Shown: in pieces, positions 30,733 to 41,673 of the stretch
Layout of the letters: every line of letters starts with the position of its first letter
Numbering within the stretch: the stretch's first letter is position 1
Assembly (NCBI GenBank): GCA_963753975.1
Contig: CAVWEH010000005.1
Span: forward strand, 448,001 to 512,000
Length of the DNA: 64,000 bases
Direction of reading: 5' to 3'
Origin: an uncultured delta proteobacterium
GTDB taxonomy: Bacteria; Desulfobacterota; Syntrophia; Syntrophales; Smithellaceae
The notes under the pieces: generated by a model
What the model was told of the DNA's origin: nothing
What the model saw: only the letters and a program-made list of their open reading frames with translations
Database searches by the model: none
Translations under genes and position numbers: made by a program

Positions 30733-32583
30733 ATGAAAATAGCAGAGGAATTCAAGAAATATGCGCGTGATATAAAAATTATCGATAAGGACGAAGAAAG
30801 AGAAATGTATAGTCATGATATCGGCGATGTTCCCGCGATTATGACTAAAACTTTTTTTGAAATTCAACCCGATTTTGTAGTACAGCCGAAGAATGTTGAA
30901 GAAATAAAGAAAATCCTGGACTTTGCCAACGATAAAAAGATGCCGGTTATACCGAGAGGCGCTGCATCATGGGGTTTCGGCGGGGTTATTCCCACAAAAG
31001 CGGGAATTGTAATTGATTTATCGCCATTCCGAAAAATTCTCCATCTCGACAAACCACAAAAGACCATAACCGTTGAAGCGGGGGCTAGATGGAGCGATAT
31101 TGATATTATGGCCAAAAAGGAAGGTCTATGTCTGATGACCTATCCGTCAAGTAAGTTTTCCACTGTTGCTGGCTGGATTGCCACGGGAGGCTACGGCATC
31201 AACAGTTTTCGGTATGGCCACCTGTCCAGTCAGATTGTGTCAATGACAGTCATAATGCCATCCGGTGAATCTAAAAAAATTACCCCGAGCGATCCTGATT
31301 TCACATACTTTGTTTCCACAGAAGGTGTGTTTGGCATTATTGTAGAAGTGAAGCTTAAACTGAGGGATGTTCCCGAGGCCTCTTATCCCCATCTATTTTA
31401 TTTTGAAAGCGACAAAGCTGCTTTTGCTTTTATCGAAAACTTTTTAAGAACCAGGGCGGCGGAGCAATTTAACCCTAATGTAATTCGCTTTCTTGATGAG
31501 AATCACTTAAATGACATAAATGAAATCATGCACTCGAAAGTATTTGAAAAGAAAGCCGGCGTCCTGGTGGAATTAAGTAATTCCAAAGATGATAGGAAAT
31601 TTTCAGAGTTTATTGATAAAGCCGGCAGTATTGAAGAAGCACCTCGCTATGTCGCGAGTTATCTGTGGAATGAACGTCTCTTCGGTATGAAAACAAAGCG
31701 CCTGGGACCGACAATTCTTGCCAGTGAAACTATTATTCCGATTACTTCGGCCGCAGCTTTTATTGAAAAAGCAAAAAGACTGGGTGTCCGCTTCGGCGTG
31801 GAAATATTCATCGATTCTTACATCATCAATGAAAAAATGGCTCTCATCATGACCAATTTTCTTTGTGACTCAAGGAAGCTGAAATATTATATTAATTTAC
31901 CTCTGGCAATGATGCTCACGCAAACAAGTGTTTCTATCGGGGCTGAACCATACGGATTGGGGATCTGGAATGCGCCCTTTATCAATTACCTGTACAACAG
32001 CGATAGGAAGAATGCTCTGAACGCATACAAAAAGAAGGTTGATCCGAATAATATCATGAATCCGGGTAAATTTTTCAACGTCCAATCAAAATGGCTGAAT
32101 ATTCCGGCACTTGTCTTTCGTCCAGGCATTTTTGGCTTTTTCATAAAACTAATGATCTTTCTGTCGCCTGTTATCGGGAAAATTGTGATACTGCTTCTGG
32201 GTAAGCATAAAAAGCTTGATAGCCTCGATTTTGAACTGACTACCCACGCCTGTGCCAAGTGCGGAAACTGCCTTGCCGTATGCCCCGCATACCTTGTTAC
32301 CAACAATGAAGAAATGACTGCCAAGGGAAAGATTGCTCTAGCTAAAAAGTTAATTGATGGTAAGAAAGTAACAAAAGAAGAAGCGGAAAATGTATTTATG
32401 TGCATGCATTGCAAGGCCTGCGAAGAAATATGTCAAACTAATCTTGAACTGATGATGCTCTGGGATGCACTGGAAAAAAGGATCGAAGGAAAATTCGGCC
32501 GCCCCGAAGGTAAAATTGATGAATTTCTTAAAGAGGTTGACGCTAACAAGGATTACTGGGAAATGGTGGAACGAAATAACTAA
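30733..32583 (+). CDS. FAD-binding oxidoreductase (GlcD/LDH-like) with a C-terminal 4Fe-4S dicluster
   Basis: PRGAAS, STEGVFGII, DPNNIMNPGK; CAKCGNCLAVCP and CMHCKACEEIC. Confidence 0.85.
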   Translation: MKIAEEFKKYARDIKIIDKDEEREMYSHDIGDVPAIMTKTFFEIQPDFVVQPKNVEEIKKILDFANDKKMPVIPRGAASWGFGGVIPTKAGIVIDLSPFRKILHLDKPQKTITVEAGARWSDIDIMAKKEGLCLMTYPSSKFSTVAGWIATGGYGINSFRYGHLSSQIVSMTVIMPSGESKKITPSDPDFTYFVSTEGVFGIIVEVKLKLRDVPEASYPHLFYFESDKAAFAFIENFLRTRAAEQFNPNVIRFLDENHLNDINEIMHSKVFEKKAGVLVELSNSKDDRKFSEFIDKAGSIEEAPRYVASYLWNERLFGMKTKRLGPTILASETIIPITSAAAFIEKAKRLGVRFGVEIFIDSYIINEKMALIMTNFLCDSRKLKYYINLPLAMMLTQTSVSIGAEPYGLGIWNAPFINYLYNSDRKNALNAYKKKVDPNNIMNPGKFFNVQSKWLNIPALVFRPGIFGFFIKLMIFLSPVIGKIVILLLGKHKKLDSLDFELTTHACAKCGNCLAVCPAYLVTNNEEMTAKGKIALAKKLIDGKKVTKEEAENVFMCMHCKACEEICQTNLELMMLWDALEKRIEGKFGRPEGKIDEFLKEVDANKDYWEMVERNN

Positions 32584-32628
32584 ATCACCCCTTGATAACT
32601 TTATTATTTAAATGATGAGTTAAAGACT

Positions 32629-34038
32629 ATGCCCAAGAAATATCATATTCATTCTAAATTAACACCGCTTAATCTGGATTATGTATTCAAATTTAAAATT
32701 GAGCGAGGGGAAAATTGCATTAATTGCGGTAAGTGTACAAAGGTATGCATTTACGAGGCGCATAAACGACGTAAAGATGATCCACGAAAAATGGCTGACC
32801 CCAACACCGTTGTTTGCCGCAACTGTTTTCGCTGCATTCAGGAATGCCCGAGAGGAGCGTTGGAAAAATCTCTGGACAAGGACTTTTTGAATATCGGCGG
32901 GTCATACTGGAAGTCCGATATGTTTATCACTTTATGGAAGCAGGCAGAGGATGGCAAGGTTCCGGTTACCGGCGCCGGTTACAGAGGGCCGTTTACAGGG
33001 CCGGGGTTCGACGGTATGTGGACTGACATGTCGGAAATTGTCCGGCCGACTCGTGACGGTATTCATGGACGAGAATATATCAATACATCAGTCGAACTAG
33101 GTCGAAGACTCAATCACCTGACTTTTGATGAAAGAGGCAAATTATTATCAAAAGTTCATGATACAATCGATATTCCGATTCCCATAATCTTTGATCTCCC
33201 TTCCAATGATCTGAGTCCTCATGTAAAGAGCGCATTAGTAAAAGCAGCTGCAGAGCTTAACACCTGCATCGTTTTGTCGGCGGGTGATATTACGTCCGAA
33301 CGGAAAAAATACATTAAAAACATCATCCCTTTAATTTCTCATAAAGAAATCGACAAGCATCAGGGACTGATCAAAAATGCAAGAATTGTGGCCATTGAGT
33401 ATAACCATGAACTGCTCAGTGATTTCGCTACACTAAAAGGTAAAATAAAAAAAATAAGTGATGCTCTGACGATCATTCGAATTCCGGCAGAGAAATCCGT
33501 TGAAACCATTATTTCTAAGCTTACGCAAAATGGCGCTGAGATTATTCATGTCGTGGCCGATTACCGCGGTATGGAAATTAACGGTTCATCTGACTTCGGG
33601 CGCCGTCTGATCAAGGACATTATCCGATCCGCTCACCGGAAATTAATTGATGAACGGATTCGTGATGAGGTTACGATTATTGCCTCCGGTGGTATCGCCA
33701 TGGCTGAGCATGTGCCCAAAGCAATGATCTGTGGCGCGGATTTAACGGCCATAGATTTGCCCTTGCTTATCGCGCTTGGCGCCCGCCTATATGAAGAACC
33801 GGATAAACTGCTTATTATTCCCGAAGGATTGGAAAAAATTCCTGAAAGGATTCTGACACAGAGAATCATCAACCTTATGGGCGCATGGCATTCGCAGCTT
33901 CTGGAAGTAATGGGCGCTATGGGTATTCGCGAGGCGCGCCGGCTACGCGGCGAATCCGGAAGAGCAATCTTCTTTGAAGAAGTTGACAATGACACCTTTG
34001 GAAAATTATTTAAGAAAAGAGAAGAAGCAAGCGTATGA
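32629..34038 (+). CDS. Glutamate synthase-related subunit: ferredoxin plus degenerate FMN barrel
   Basis: CINCGKCTKVC, CRNCFRCIQECP, MWTDMSEIVRPTRDG, IIASGGI; lacks the AQGAKPG motif and the 3Fe-4S cysteines. Confidence 0.8.
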   Translation: MPKKYHIHSKLTPLNLDYVFKFKIERGENCINCGKCTKVCIYEAHKRRKDDPRKMADPNTVVCRNCFRCIQECPRGALEKSLDKDFLNIGGSYWKSDMFITLWKQAEDGKVPVTGAGYRGPFTGPGFDGMWTDMSEIVRPTRDGIHGREYINTSVELGRRLNHLTFDERGKLLSKVHDTIDIPIPIIFDLPSNDLSPHVKSALVKAAAELNTCIVLSAGDITSERKKYIKNIIPLISHKEIDKHQGLIKNARIVAIEYNHELLSDFATLKGKIKKISDALTIIRIPAEKSVETIISKLTQNGAEIIHVVADYRGMEINGSSDFGRRLIKDIIRSAHRKLIDERIRDEVTIIASGGIAMAEHVPKAMICGADLTAIDLPLLIALGARLYEEPDKLLIIPEGLEKIPERILTQRIINLMGAWHSQLLEVMGAMGIREARRLRGESGRAIFFEEVDNDTFGKLFKKREEASV

Positions 34039-35524
34039 AACCACCTTCGACTGTAAAAATTAAAACGACGCCTTCACGGTTCAAGCACCAGGTGCCGAAA
34101 TATAAAGTCACCAGGTCTAACGCATGCATCAACTGCGGCACTTGTGCCAAATCATGTCCCTACGGAGTTCATGAGAGGGTTGAAGGACATAACAGGGTAA
34201 AGCCACCGATTAACTATAAATGCATCGGCTTCGAATGCCAGAACAACGATTTTTACTGTATTGCCAGATGCCCGCGCAAAGCACTGAGCTTATCGCTGAA
34301 TCCGATGTATGAAACACTTGGGGACTATCGCTGGACGGCGGACATGATTACCGGAACATGGATCATGGCGGAAACAGGTTATCCTCCGGAAGCGAAAGGA
34401 TCTGGAATATAATGTCGGCAATTCCGGCGGCGGCTTCGACAAGCTCAGGTTTAAGTTTCCTTCCGGCCGCCCCAAAATAGATAAGTTAGAAATCTCCACC
34501 GAAATTCCCTTAAATCGAAGAAATGATGGTCGGCCTAACATCGTCATTTCGACGCCTGTTTACGGTGGCGGGATGTCGTTCGGTTCGGTAAGCCTGCCGA
34601 CCATGCTTTCCAAGGCGCACAATGCTACGATATGGAATACCTTTACCTGTACCGGCGAGGGAGGATACCCGGAAATGCTTCAACCTTACGACCGTAACGT
34701 TATCACGCAGGTGGCAACAGGTTTGTTCGGCGTACGCGAAGAAACCATACAGCGGGTGAGAATAGTGGAATTTAAGTACGCGCAGGGCGCAAAGCCCGGG
34801 ACTGGGCGGGCATCTCCTGGGAGAAAAGAATACGGAAAGTGTCGCCCGCATGCGCGAAGCGGTCAAGGGTACTTCGCTTTTTTCACCTTTCCCATTTCAC
34901 TCGGTCTATTCTATCGAAGATCACAAGAAACATATTGACTGGATTAAAGAAATCAATCCTCAGGCATTAGTCTCCGTTAAGGTTTCCACTCCTAATGACG
35001 TGGATATGGTTGCCGTCGGTTCATACTACGCCGGCGCGCATATTATTCACATTGACGGCGGCTACGGCGGCACCGGCGCCGCGCCAGACATTGCCAAGAA
35101 GAATATCGCCATGCCTATAGAATATGCTATCGTAAAAGTTCATAATTTTTTAAAGGAGGAGGGCGCCCGGGACGCAATGACACTCATTGCTTCAGGCGGT
35201 ATTCGGACTGCTCATGACCTGGCTAAAGCAATTTGCCTGGGCGCGGACGGCGCAGTTATAGGCACGGCGGAATTGGTGTCGCTCGAATGTGTCCGCTGCG
35301 GAAACTGCGAGTCTGGACGCGGCTGCGCCCGGGGCATTGCCTCGACCGATTCGGAGCTTGCCGACCTCTTTAGGGAAGACTGGGCTACGCAGCGCCTGAC
35401 CAATATGTATCATGCCTGGAATGTCCAGCTCGTGGAGATCCTCCAGAAGTTCGGCATGCGAAGCGTGAGAGAGCTTGTTGGCAGGTCTGATTTGCTTGAA
35501 CATATAGATTATTCATCCCGTTAG
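34035..35524 (+). CDS. Glutamate synthase FMN-binding subunit with ferredoxin domain (two +1 frameshifts at ~34396 and ~34799)
   Basis: GGMSFGS, TGEGG, QVATGLFGV, KYAQGAKPG(LGGHL), DGGYGGTGAAP, CVRCGNCESGRGC; joins ORFs 34035, 34573 and 34850. Confidence 0.85.
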
Positions 35525-35556
35525 AAATTAATGCAAAATATTATTTCTAACGGGAT
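35515..35556. repeat. REP-like palindrome ATCCCGTTAGAAA...TTTCTAACGGGAT
   Basis: Perfect arms; the left arm supplies the TAG stop of the upstream gene; same family as 14947-15012. Confidence 0.7.
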
Positions 35557-35575
35557 GAAGCGGAGTTTGCTAATA

Positions 35576-38212
35576 ATGGATAATGTTGAAAAAATAATTA
35601 AGTCACGCACCGTGTTGTGCAGCCAGGTGCCGCTTTTAAGCCCGAATACTGAAGAAGAAGGCGGCTGCGGCGTTACCGGTTTCATCTGTTCCATTCCGGT
35701 AACCGGAAAAAATATTTTCGAGCCGTCGGTACAGATGCACAATAGGGGGAATGGAAAAGGCGGCGGCATCGGAGCTGTTGGATTTGTTCCCGAAGCACTG
35801 GGCGTCTCCCGGCAAGTGCTGGAAGATGATTACATGCTACACGTTGCCCTCCTTGATATGAGCGTGTATGAAGATCTGGAAAACACTTTTATCAAACCTA
35901 ATTTTAAGATTGATAAATTCGAAAAGCTAGCCACTATCGACGATTATCGCAGCATCGGTCTGGAAGTCCGGCCGCCGGATGTTATGCGTTATTTCGTCCG
36001 CGTCAAAGATGAAGTACTGGACCGGTTCATTAAAGACAATAAATTTTCCTCTCTGGACAGACGGGATGCCGAAGACGAATTTGTCTATCAGAATAGCTTC
36101 AAGATTAACACCCACTATTATGCTTCTCTTGGTGAAAAGAAAGCTTTTGTCATGTCTCACGGCAGAAACATGATGATCCTGAAAATCGTGGGTTACGCGG
36201 AAAACGTCGTCCGGTACTATAAGCTGGATGATTTCAAGGCTCATGCCTGGCTTGCTCATCAGCGCTATCCCACCCGCGGACGCGTCTGGCATCCCGGCGG
36301 CTGCCATCCATTCAGCGCCTTGAATGAAGCTCTGGTGCATAATGGTGATTTTGCCAACTATCAGTCCGTACTTGAATACCTTAAACAGCGAAACTACTAC
36401 CCGCTGTTTCTTACCGATACTGAAGAAGCAGCTCTGCTTCTTGATTTGTGGAGCAGGGTATATAAATATCCGCTGGAATATCTGATTGAGGCCATGGCCC
36501 CGACTTCGGAAATGGACTTCGATATGCTGCCTGCCAAAAAGCAGCAACTATATAAAGCTATTCAAACCCATCACGTCAATTCTTCGCCCGATGGACCTTG
36601 GTTTTTTATCATTGCCAGAAATGATGTTAGAAATGATCAATTCCAACTTATCGGTATTACCGACACAGCCATGCTGCGACCGCAGGTTTTTGCCCTGCAA
36701 GAAGGGGATGTGCAGATTGGTCTCATTTGTTCGGAAAAGCAAGCCATTGATGCGACACTGATTTCGCTCACGCGGGAAGATCCGCGTTTCCTGCCCATTG
36801 CTGACAAATATTGGAATGCCCGCGGCGGCAGCTATACCGACGGCGGCGCCTTTATCTTCAGCCTCAAAGGCGAGGCTGATGCTAAAAGGCTTATTTGTAC
36901 CGACAAGTTCGGAAAAGTAATTGTGACGCCGCAGGGCAAATCTGCCTGCGATATAGCGAAAAAGATAACAGTTCCAGGGGACTACAAACAGATAGAAGGA
37001 GAAATTGCCGTTTTATTTACCGAAAATGATTATGCGGCCGTTGCCGATAAATTGTTTGCATATGTAAAGGACGGTATCGGCGGTTTTAATCCTGATAAAC
37101 TCAGATTCTGCATTGAGACAATTAAGAGTTATGCGCTAAAAAGTGACAAAGGCAAACAAGCAGCAATTACCGCATTCACGCTTTTGACCGATCGAAGATT
37201 CAATACCGGCTCAATAAAAAGAAGCTCCCTGCTCCATGTTGTAAGGATCGCTCTTAATGAGATTTTCGACTCCATTCCGTTGATTATTGAAATGTCTCAG
37301 TCGCGATTCAGCCGCATTAATTATGCCGGCCGCGATCACCTGCGCGCTCCGAAAAATAATGAGAAAATTCTGATTGTTGATGCCGGACAATTTGACCCCG
37401 AAGGTGACAATTGTGATGCGGTAATGATGGTAAAGGCCTTTAAACTCGGCTGGAAGCATTTCATTGTTTACAAATATCGCGGCCAGCGCTTTACCGGTTG
37501 CGGTTTCGGTCCGGCGACAAAGGGCATAAGGATCGATGTTTACGGCGCTTCAGGCGACTATCTGGCGTCGGGCATCGACGGCATGGAAATTTATGTTCAT
37601 GGCAATGCCCAAGATCAACTCTGCCAGATCATGAAAGATGGAAAGCTAGTGGTATTTGGCGATGTTGGTCAAACATTCATGTATGGCGCCAAAGGCGGCT
37701 CTGCTTATATTATGGGTAACGCCGCGGGGCGGCCTTTAATTAATGCGGTCGGCAAACCGCGCGTGGTGATTAACGGAACTGCGTTGGACTATCTTGCAGA
37801 ATCTTTTATGGCGGGTGATCCTCTCCATGGTGGCGGTTTTGTAGTACTCAACGGCATCGGTTTTGACGACGAGAAGGGAGAAATTTACGAATACGATTCG
37901 CCGTACCCCGGCTCGAACATATTTTCTCTTGCTTCCGGCGGAGCCATTTATGTACGCGATCCGCACAGAAAACTTGTCGAGGAACAGCTCAACGGGGGCG
38001 AGTTTGCCGATGTTACCGATGCTGACTGGAAACTGATCCTGCCGTATCTCGAGGAAAACGAAAAACTCTTTGCAATAAGCGTAGAGAGACTTTTAACGGT
38101 CGACGGCAATAAAAAATCTCCGCAGGCGATTTACAGAAAAATTATGCCGCAAAGGACGCCAGCCGTCTCCAAGGAAGACGCGGGTTTGGAGGAATCAGTC
38201 GAAGAATATTAG
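35576..38212 (+). CDS. Glutamate synthase subunit: class II amidotransferase plus GXGXG domain
   Basis: GGCGVTG, MHNRGNGKGGG, HQRYPT, HPF, VHNGD; C-terminal GXGXG repeats (GDVGQTFMYGAKGG). Confidence 0.88.
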   Translation: MDNVEKIIKSRTVLCSQVPLLSPNTEEEGGCGVTGFICSIPVTGKNIFEPSVQMHNRGNGKGGGIGAVGFVPEALGVSRQVLEDDYMLHVALLDMSVYEDLENTFIKPNFKIDKFEKLATIDDYRSIGLEVRPPDVMRYFVRVKDEVLDRFIKDNKFSSLDRRDAEDEFVYQNSFKINTHYYASLGEKKAFVMSHGRNMMILKIVGYAENVVRYYKLDDFKAHAWLAHQRYPTRGRVWHPGGCHPFSALNEALVHNGDFANYQSVLEYLKQRNYYPLFLTDTEEAALLLDLWSRVYKYPLEYLIEAMAPTSEMDFDMLPAKKQQLYKAIQTHHVNSSPDGPWFFIIARNDVRNDQFQLIGITDTAMLRPQVFALQEGDVQIGLICSEKQAIDATLISLTREDPRFLPIADKYWNARGGSYTDGGAFIFSLKGEADAKRLICTDKFGKVIVTPQGKSACDIAKKITVPGDYKQIEGEIAVLFTENDYAAVADKLFAYVKDGIGGFNPDKLRFCIETIKSYALKSDKGKQAAITAFTLLTDRRFNTGSIKRSSLLHVVRIALNEIFDSIPLIIEMSQSRFSRINYAGRDHLRAPKNNEKILIVDAGQFDPEGDNCDAVMMVKAFKLGWKHFIVYKYRGQRFTGCGFGPATKGIRIDVYGASGDYLASGIDGMEIYVHGNAQDQLCQIMKDGKLVVFGDVGQTFMYGAKGGSAYIMGNAAGRPLINAVGKPRVVINGTALDYLAESFMAGDPLHGGGFVVLNGIGFDDEKGEIYEYDSPYPGSNIFSLASGGAIYVRDPHRKLVEEQLNGGEFADVTDADWKLILPYLEENEKLFAISVERLLTVDGNKKSPQAIYRKIMPQRTPAVSKEDAGLEESVEEY

Positions 38213-38319
38213 GATAATTTTTTCGTGGTGCGTGTGAATGTAACGGCAGAGATTATTTGCATCGCACGCGAAATGGTTTGCTTCTTCGATAAGGCTACAC
38301 ACTGAATTCCGCTGTTTAT

Positions 38320-39904
38320 TTAATGAGCTTCACTTACGTGTTTATTTTTTTTCCGGAAAAATTTCGGATCAATTCCCAGTTTGCTGATTTTATACTGCAT
38401 GATGCGTTTGGTAGTGCCCAGCATCTTTGCGGCTTTGGTTTGATTTCCCGCAACTTCTTCCAACGCATCGATAATCAATGATCTTTCCTGCGCTTCTACA
38501 ACAGAAGACAATTTTCCCCGTTCTTTTTTGTCCAATTCCTTTTCTCTTGCCTGCAAAGACGGGGGCAAATGCATACACTCGATTGTATCGCTATTGGACA
38601 AGAGAACAGCTCGCTCTATGCAGTTCTCCAGTTCGCGCACATTCCCCGGCCATTTATGGGATAAAAATACTTCTATGGCCGATGTGGAAATTCTTTTAAT
38701 GTTTTTAGCCATTTCCTTGCTGTATTTCAGGATAAAATGATCGGCCAATAAGATGACATCGCTGCCTCTTTCACGCAGCGGAGGCAAATAAATAGGAAAA
38801 ACATTCAAGCGGTAAAACAGATCAGCGCGAAAACGTTCCGCCAAAATATCTTGTTCTAAATCTCTGTTCGTTGCTGCGATAATGCGCACATTAACGTTGA
38901 CAACTCTGGAAGACCCCAATGGTTGAAATCTTTTTTCCTGTAAGACGCGCAAAAGTTTTACCTGCGCAGCAGCGGATAGCTCGCCTACTTCGTCCAAGAA
39001 AGATTGTGCCGCCGTTTGCTTCTTCGAATCTTCCCCGCCGCTGCTGCAATGCGCCGGTAAATGCTCCTTTTTCATGACCAAATAACTCGCTTTCAATTAA
39101 CGTATCGGGGATCGCCGCACAATTAACCTGTACTATCGGACCGTTGTGCCGGGGAGAGTTCATGTGAATCGCCCGGGCAATCAGTTCCTTGCCCGTTCCG
39201 GTCTCTCCGGAGATTAGAACCGTTGTGTTGGAATCGGCCACCTGAGCGACTAGACCGAATACTTCCTGCATAGGTTTAGAATGGCCGATAATATCTATCG
39301 AAGGCGCCCGTGTACTGCCGACGATTTTCTTCAGTCTTTTATTTTCCTCCTCCAGCGCTCTGATGTGCACGAATTTGGCCATCAATTCCGCGACCGATGA
39401 AAGCATAGCCAGTTCTTTATCCAGATTTTCCACCTCGCGCGCGACTTTATCGGCCGATAAAACTCCCACGACATGGTCGTCGTAAATAATAGGAACACAA
39501 AGAAAGGCCAATTCCGTCCTGTTTAAATGACGCCGCGCCCCTGTACGGTCTAAAAAATGAGTGGCGTGCCCCAGATTGGCGACAGCCATCGGACGGCCTG
39601 TTTGGGCTACCTCGCCGGTAATACCTTCGCCGGGTTTATAGGTTATATCCAATCCTTCAATATTTACACCGTGGGCAATGTCGAGCCAGGCTTCCTTTTT
39701 TTCGCGATCCAAGAGCGAAATCATGCCTCGCTGCATACCTAAACGTGAACTCATTTCCTGCAGAACTTGCTCTAGCTCATCACGTAAATCTGTAGGTTGA
39801 GCTAAAATTTTAGATATAGCGTGCAGTGCGGCAAGCTCTTCGTAACTGTGTAGGCTTAATTTCGTCTCTTCCATAATAGAATTTTTTTTTGAAATTTTAC
39901 TCAT
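38320..39904 (-). CDS. GAF-AAA+-HTH sigma54 activator, NifA-like (one +1 frameshift at ~38997)
   Basis: GAF domain, [32 protein letters not shown] across the frameshift, [10 protein letters not shown], Fis-type HTH. Confidence 0.9.
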
Positions 39905-40119
39905 ATTAAGGCCTAAAGAACCTTTTAAAAATATTTTGTTACAAAATTGTTCTAAAAGCAACAGATTTTTGGCATTTCAATGTATGAAAATGCAAGTAAT
40001 GAACCAATTTTGATCTTTTTTGATAATTTTAAAGTAAGGTAACTTAAAACGATGTTCACAAATATGCTTAAATAAGCATTTTTAAGGCTTTGCCAATTAT
40101 AAATAAAATTTTCGTCCAA

Positions 40120-40179
40120 TTCGGACGCTGCTGGTCAGTCGCGCTGCTTTTTACGTCGGCTGAATTAGCCTTGTTCGAT
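40120..40179 (-). other. attC-like integron recombination site (60 bp)
   Basis: Minus strand ATCGAAC-AAGGC-TAATTCAG-21 nt-CTGACCA-GCAGC-GTCCGAA, 7 nt after the radical SAM stop codon. Confidence 0.65.
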
Positions 40180-40186
40180 ATTCCTT

Positions 40187-41188
40187 CTATTTTATATCAC
40201 TGTAGTAGCGTGATGGACCGCTCCAGATGCCCCAATTGCTTTCCTGAAAAATTGATTTGCAGCTGCTAACGGTTTCACCTCTGCCTTCTTCCGTTTTCTC
40301 CTTAATGTCTCGGGGATTGGCACCGACTTCTGCCCAGAAAAGATTTGCCCCGGCGATCGCACCCAGGGCACAAGGCTCATGCGTACAGTTGCCCATCACA
40401 GATCGTGGCATTCCCAATCTGGTAACAGCAACTATTTGGGCCATACGCATCTCGTTAATTACTCCGCGTTCGGCTATCGCAGTTCCAGGTAAGGGGATAC
40501 GCCTGGCTGCGCCGCTGTATGAAGGATTGAAGGAAGCCGTGAATTCTATCATCTCAGCCAACTCCTCGTTTGTGTGTTCCGGCCCTACCGGTTCGACACA
40601 TGTGCCGACTTTTAATCCAGCCTCTTGAAAGTTGCGAATGCTTTCCTTTCTTGCCTTCGGAGAGAGACCTGAATCGATTCCTTCACGCAGACGCAAAGCG
40701 TGATATACACCTGTGTATCCGGTCTCTTTCATCTTGCTCGCGTTGGCGAGTGACTGGTCGCCAATATTGGCTACGATGACTGTCGTCTTTTTGAGATTTT
40801 TACGGATTTCCTGAGATATTTCCAGAAACAACTCAAACGAATACCGGGCAGTTGTCATTACGAAAATGGCGTTTGCCCCGTCTTCTTCGAATTGTTTCGC
40901 GTATGTAACAGCCTCTTTGGCTGTCAACTGTTTTTCTTCGGAAAAAACGCCGTTCTTCTGTGCAAATGCACAAAAGGCACAGTTGCAGGGACAAGGTGCC
41001 AGGTTGAGGGCCAACTGGGCATGTACTTCGGCTTTGTTCCCGGTTAACTCCTTTGAGATTCGATTGGCTTCCGCCATGATGAGATAGCTCTCCGGAGAGT
41101 CAGGCGCCAGCGAGAGTAAATGCACTAATTCCTTGTGGAAGAGCTGTTCACCGTTCTGTGATTTTTTTATCAGTTCATTAATATCCAT
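40187..41188 (-). CDS. Radical SAM protein (biotin synthase-related group)
   Basis: CPCNCAFC (CxxxCxxC); function not assignable. Confidence 0.85.
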   Translation of the reverse strand: MDINELIKKSQNGEQLFHKELVHLLSLAPDSPESYLIMAEANRISKELTGNKAEVHAQLALNLAPCPCNCAFCAFAQKNGVFSEEKQLTAKEAVTYAKQFEEDGANAIFVMTTARYSFELFLEISQEIRKNLKKTTVIVANIGDQSLANASKMKETGYTGVYHALRLREGIDSGLSPKARKESIRNFQEAGLKVGTCVEPVGPEHTNEELAEMIEFTASFNPSYSGAARRIPLPGTAIAERGVINEMRMAQIVAVTRLGMPRSVMGNCTHEPCALGAIAGANLFWAEVGANPRDIKEKTEEGRGETVSSCKSIFQESNWGIWSGPSRYYSDIK

Positions 41189-41369
41189 TTCAATTCCTAT
41201 CTCACTTTGACCATCCAACGCGGAGCTAAGGGCGGCATGTGAATCAGCGCACCCGGGCATTTTTTTCTTTACAATACTGTAATATCAGAACTTCGCCTAT
41301 TTGTCAGGCACCAATAATGACCTCAATAATGGTAGTTTAGACCAGTGTTGCCGACGTGCAAAGCACTCT

Positions 41370-41458
41370 GAAGGATTTTACGTTTTTCTTACGCCAACTC
41401 CCTGGAAAACATCAAAGAGGGATTAAACCGGCTGGAGCGATATTTGGGTAAACTCTAG
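41370..41458 (+). pseudogene. 3' remnant of a class I PLP-dependent aminotransferase gene
   Basis: Reads (EG)..LRFSYANSLENIKEGLNRLERYLGKL*, the typical AspC-type C-terminus. Confidence 0.6.
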
Positions 41459-41673
41459 CTGAGATCTTTTAGTTCTAATAGTTTTAAACGAAATTTTTGT
41501 TCAGTTGAAACAATCGTCAAAAATGCACCCATATGATGTAAGCATGGACAATCCGATAATCCTCAAAATATATTAAGAGGTTTTTTATTGGTTTTTGTTG
41601 GCTAAAATATTAAAGGTTTCAATTACGATTTTGTTTTCTATTTTTTTAAACTGATTCTGAAAATCATCTTTGC

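Noticed and set aside
38320..39904. Calling the activator nifA or inferring nitrogen fixation
   Set aside because: No nif genes in the window; the architecture is shared by many GAF sigma54 activators
39969..39985. TTGGCA as a sigma54 promoter near the activator gene
   Set aside because: No GC at the -12 position and wrong orientation
40187..41188. Radical SAM protein as BioB or PylB
   Set aside because: Only the CxxxCxxC core is recognisable; no pyl or bio synthesis context
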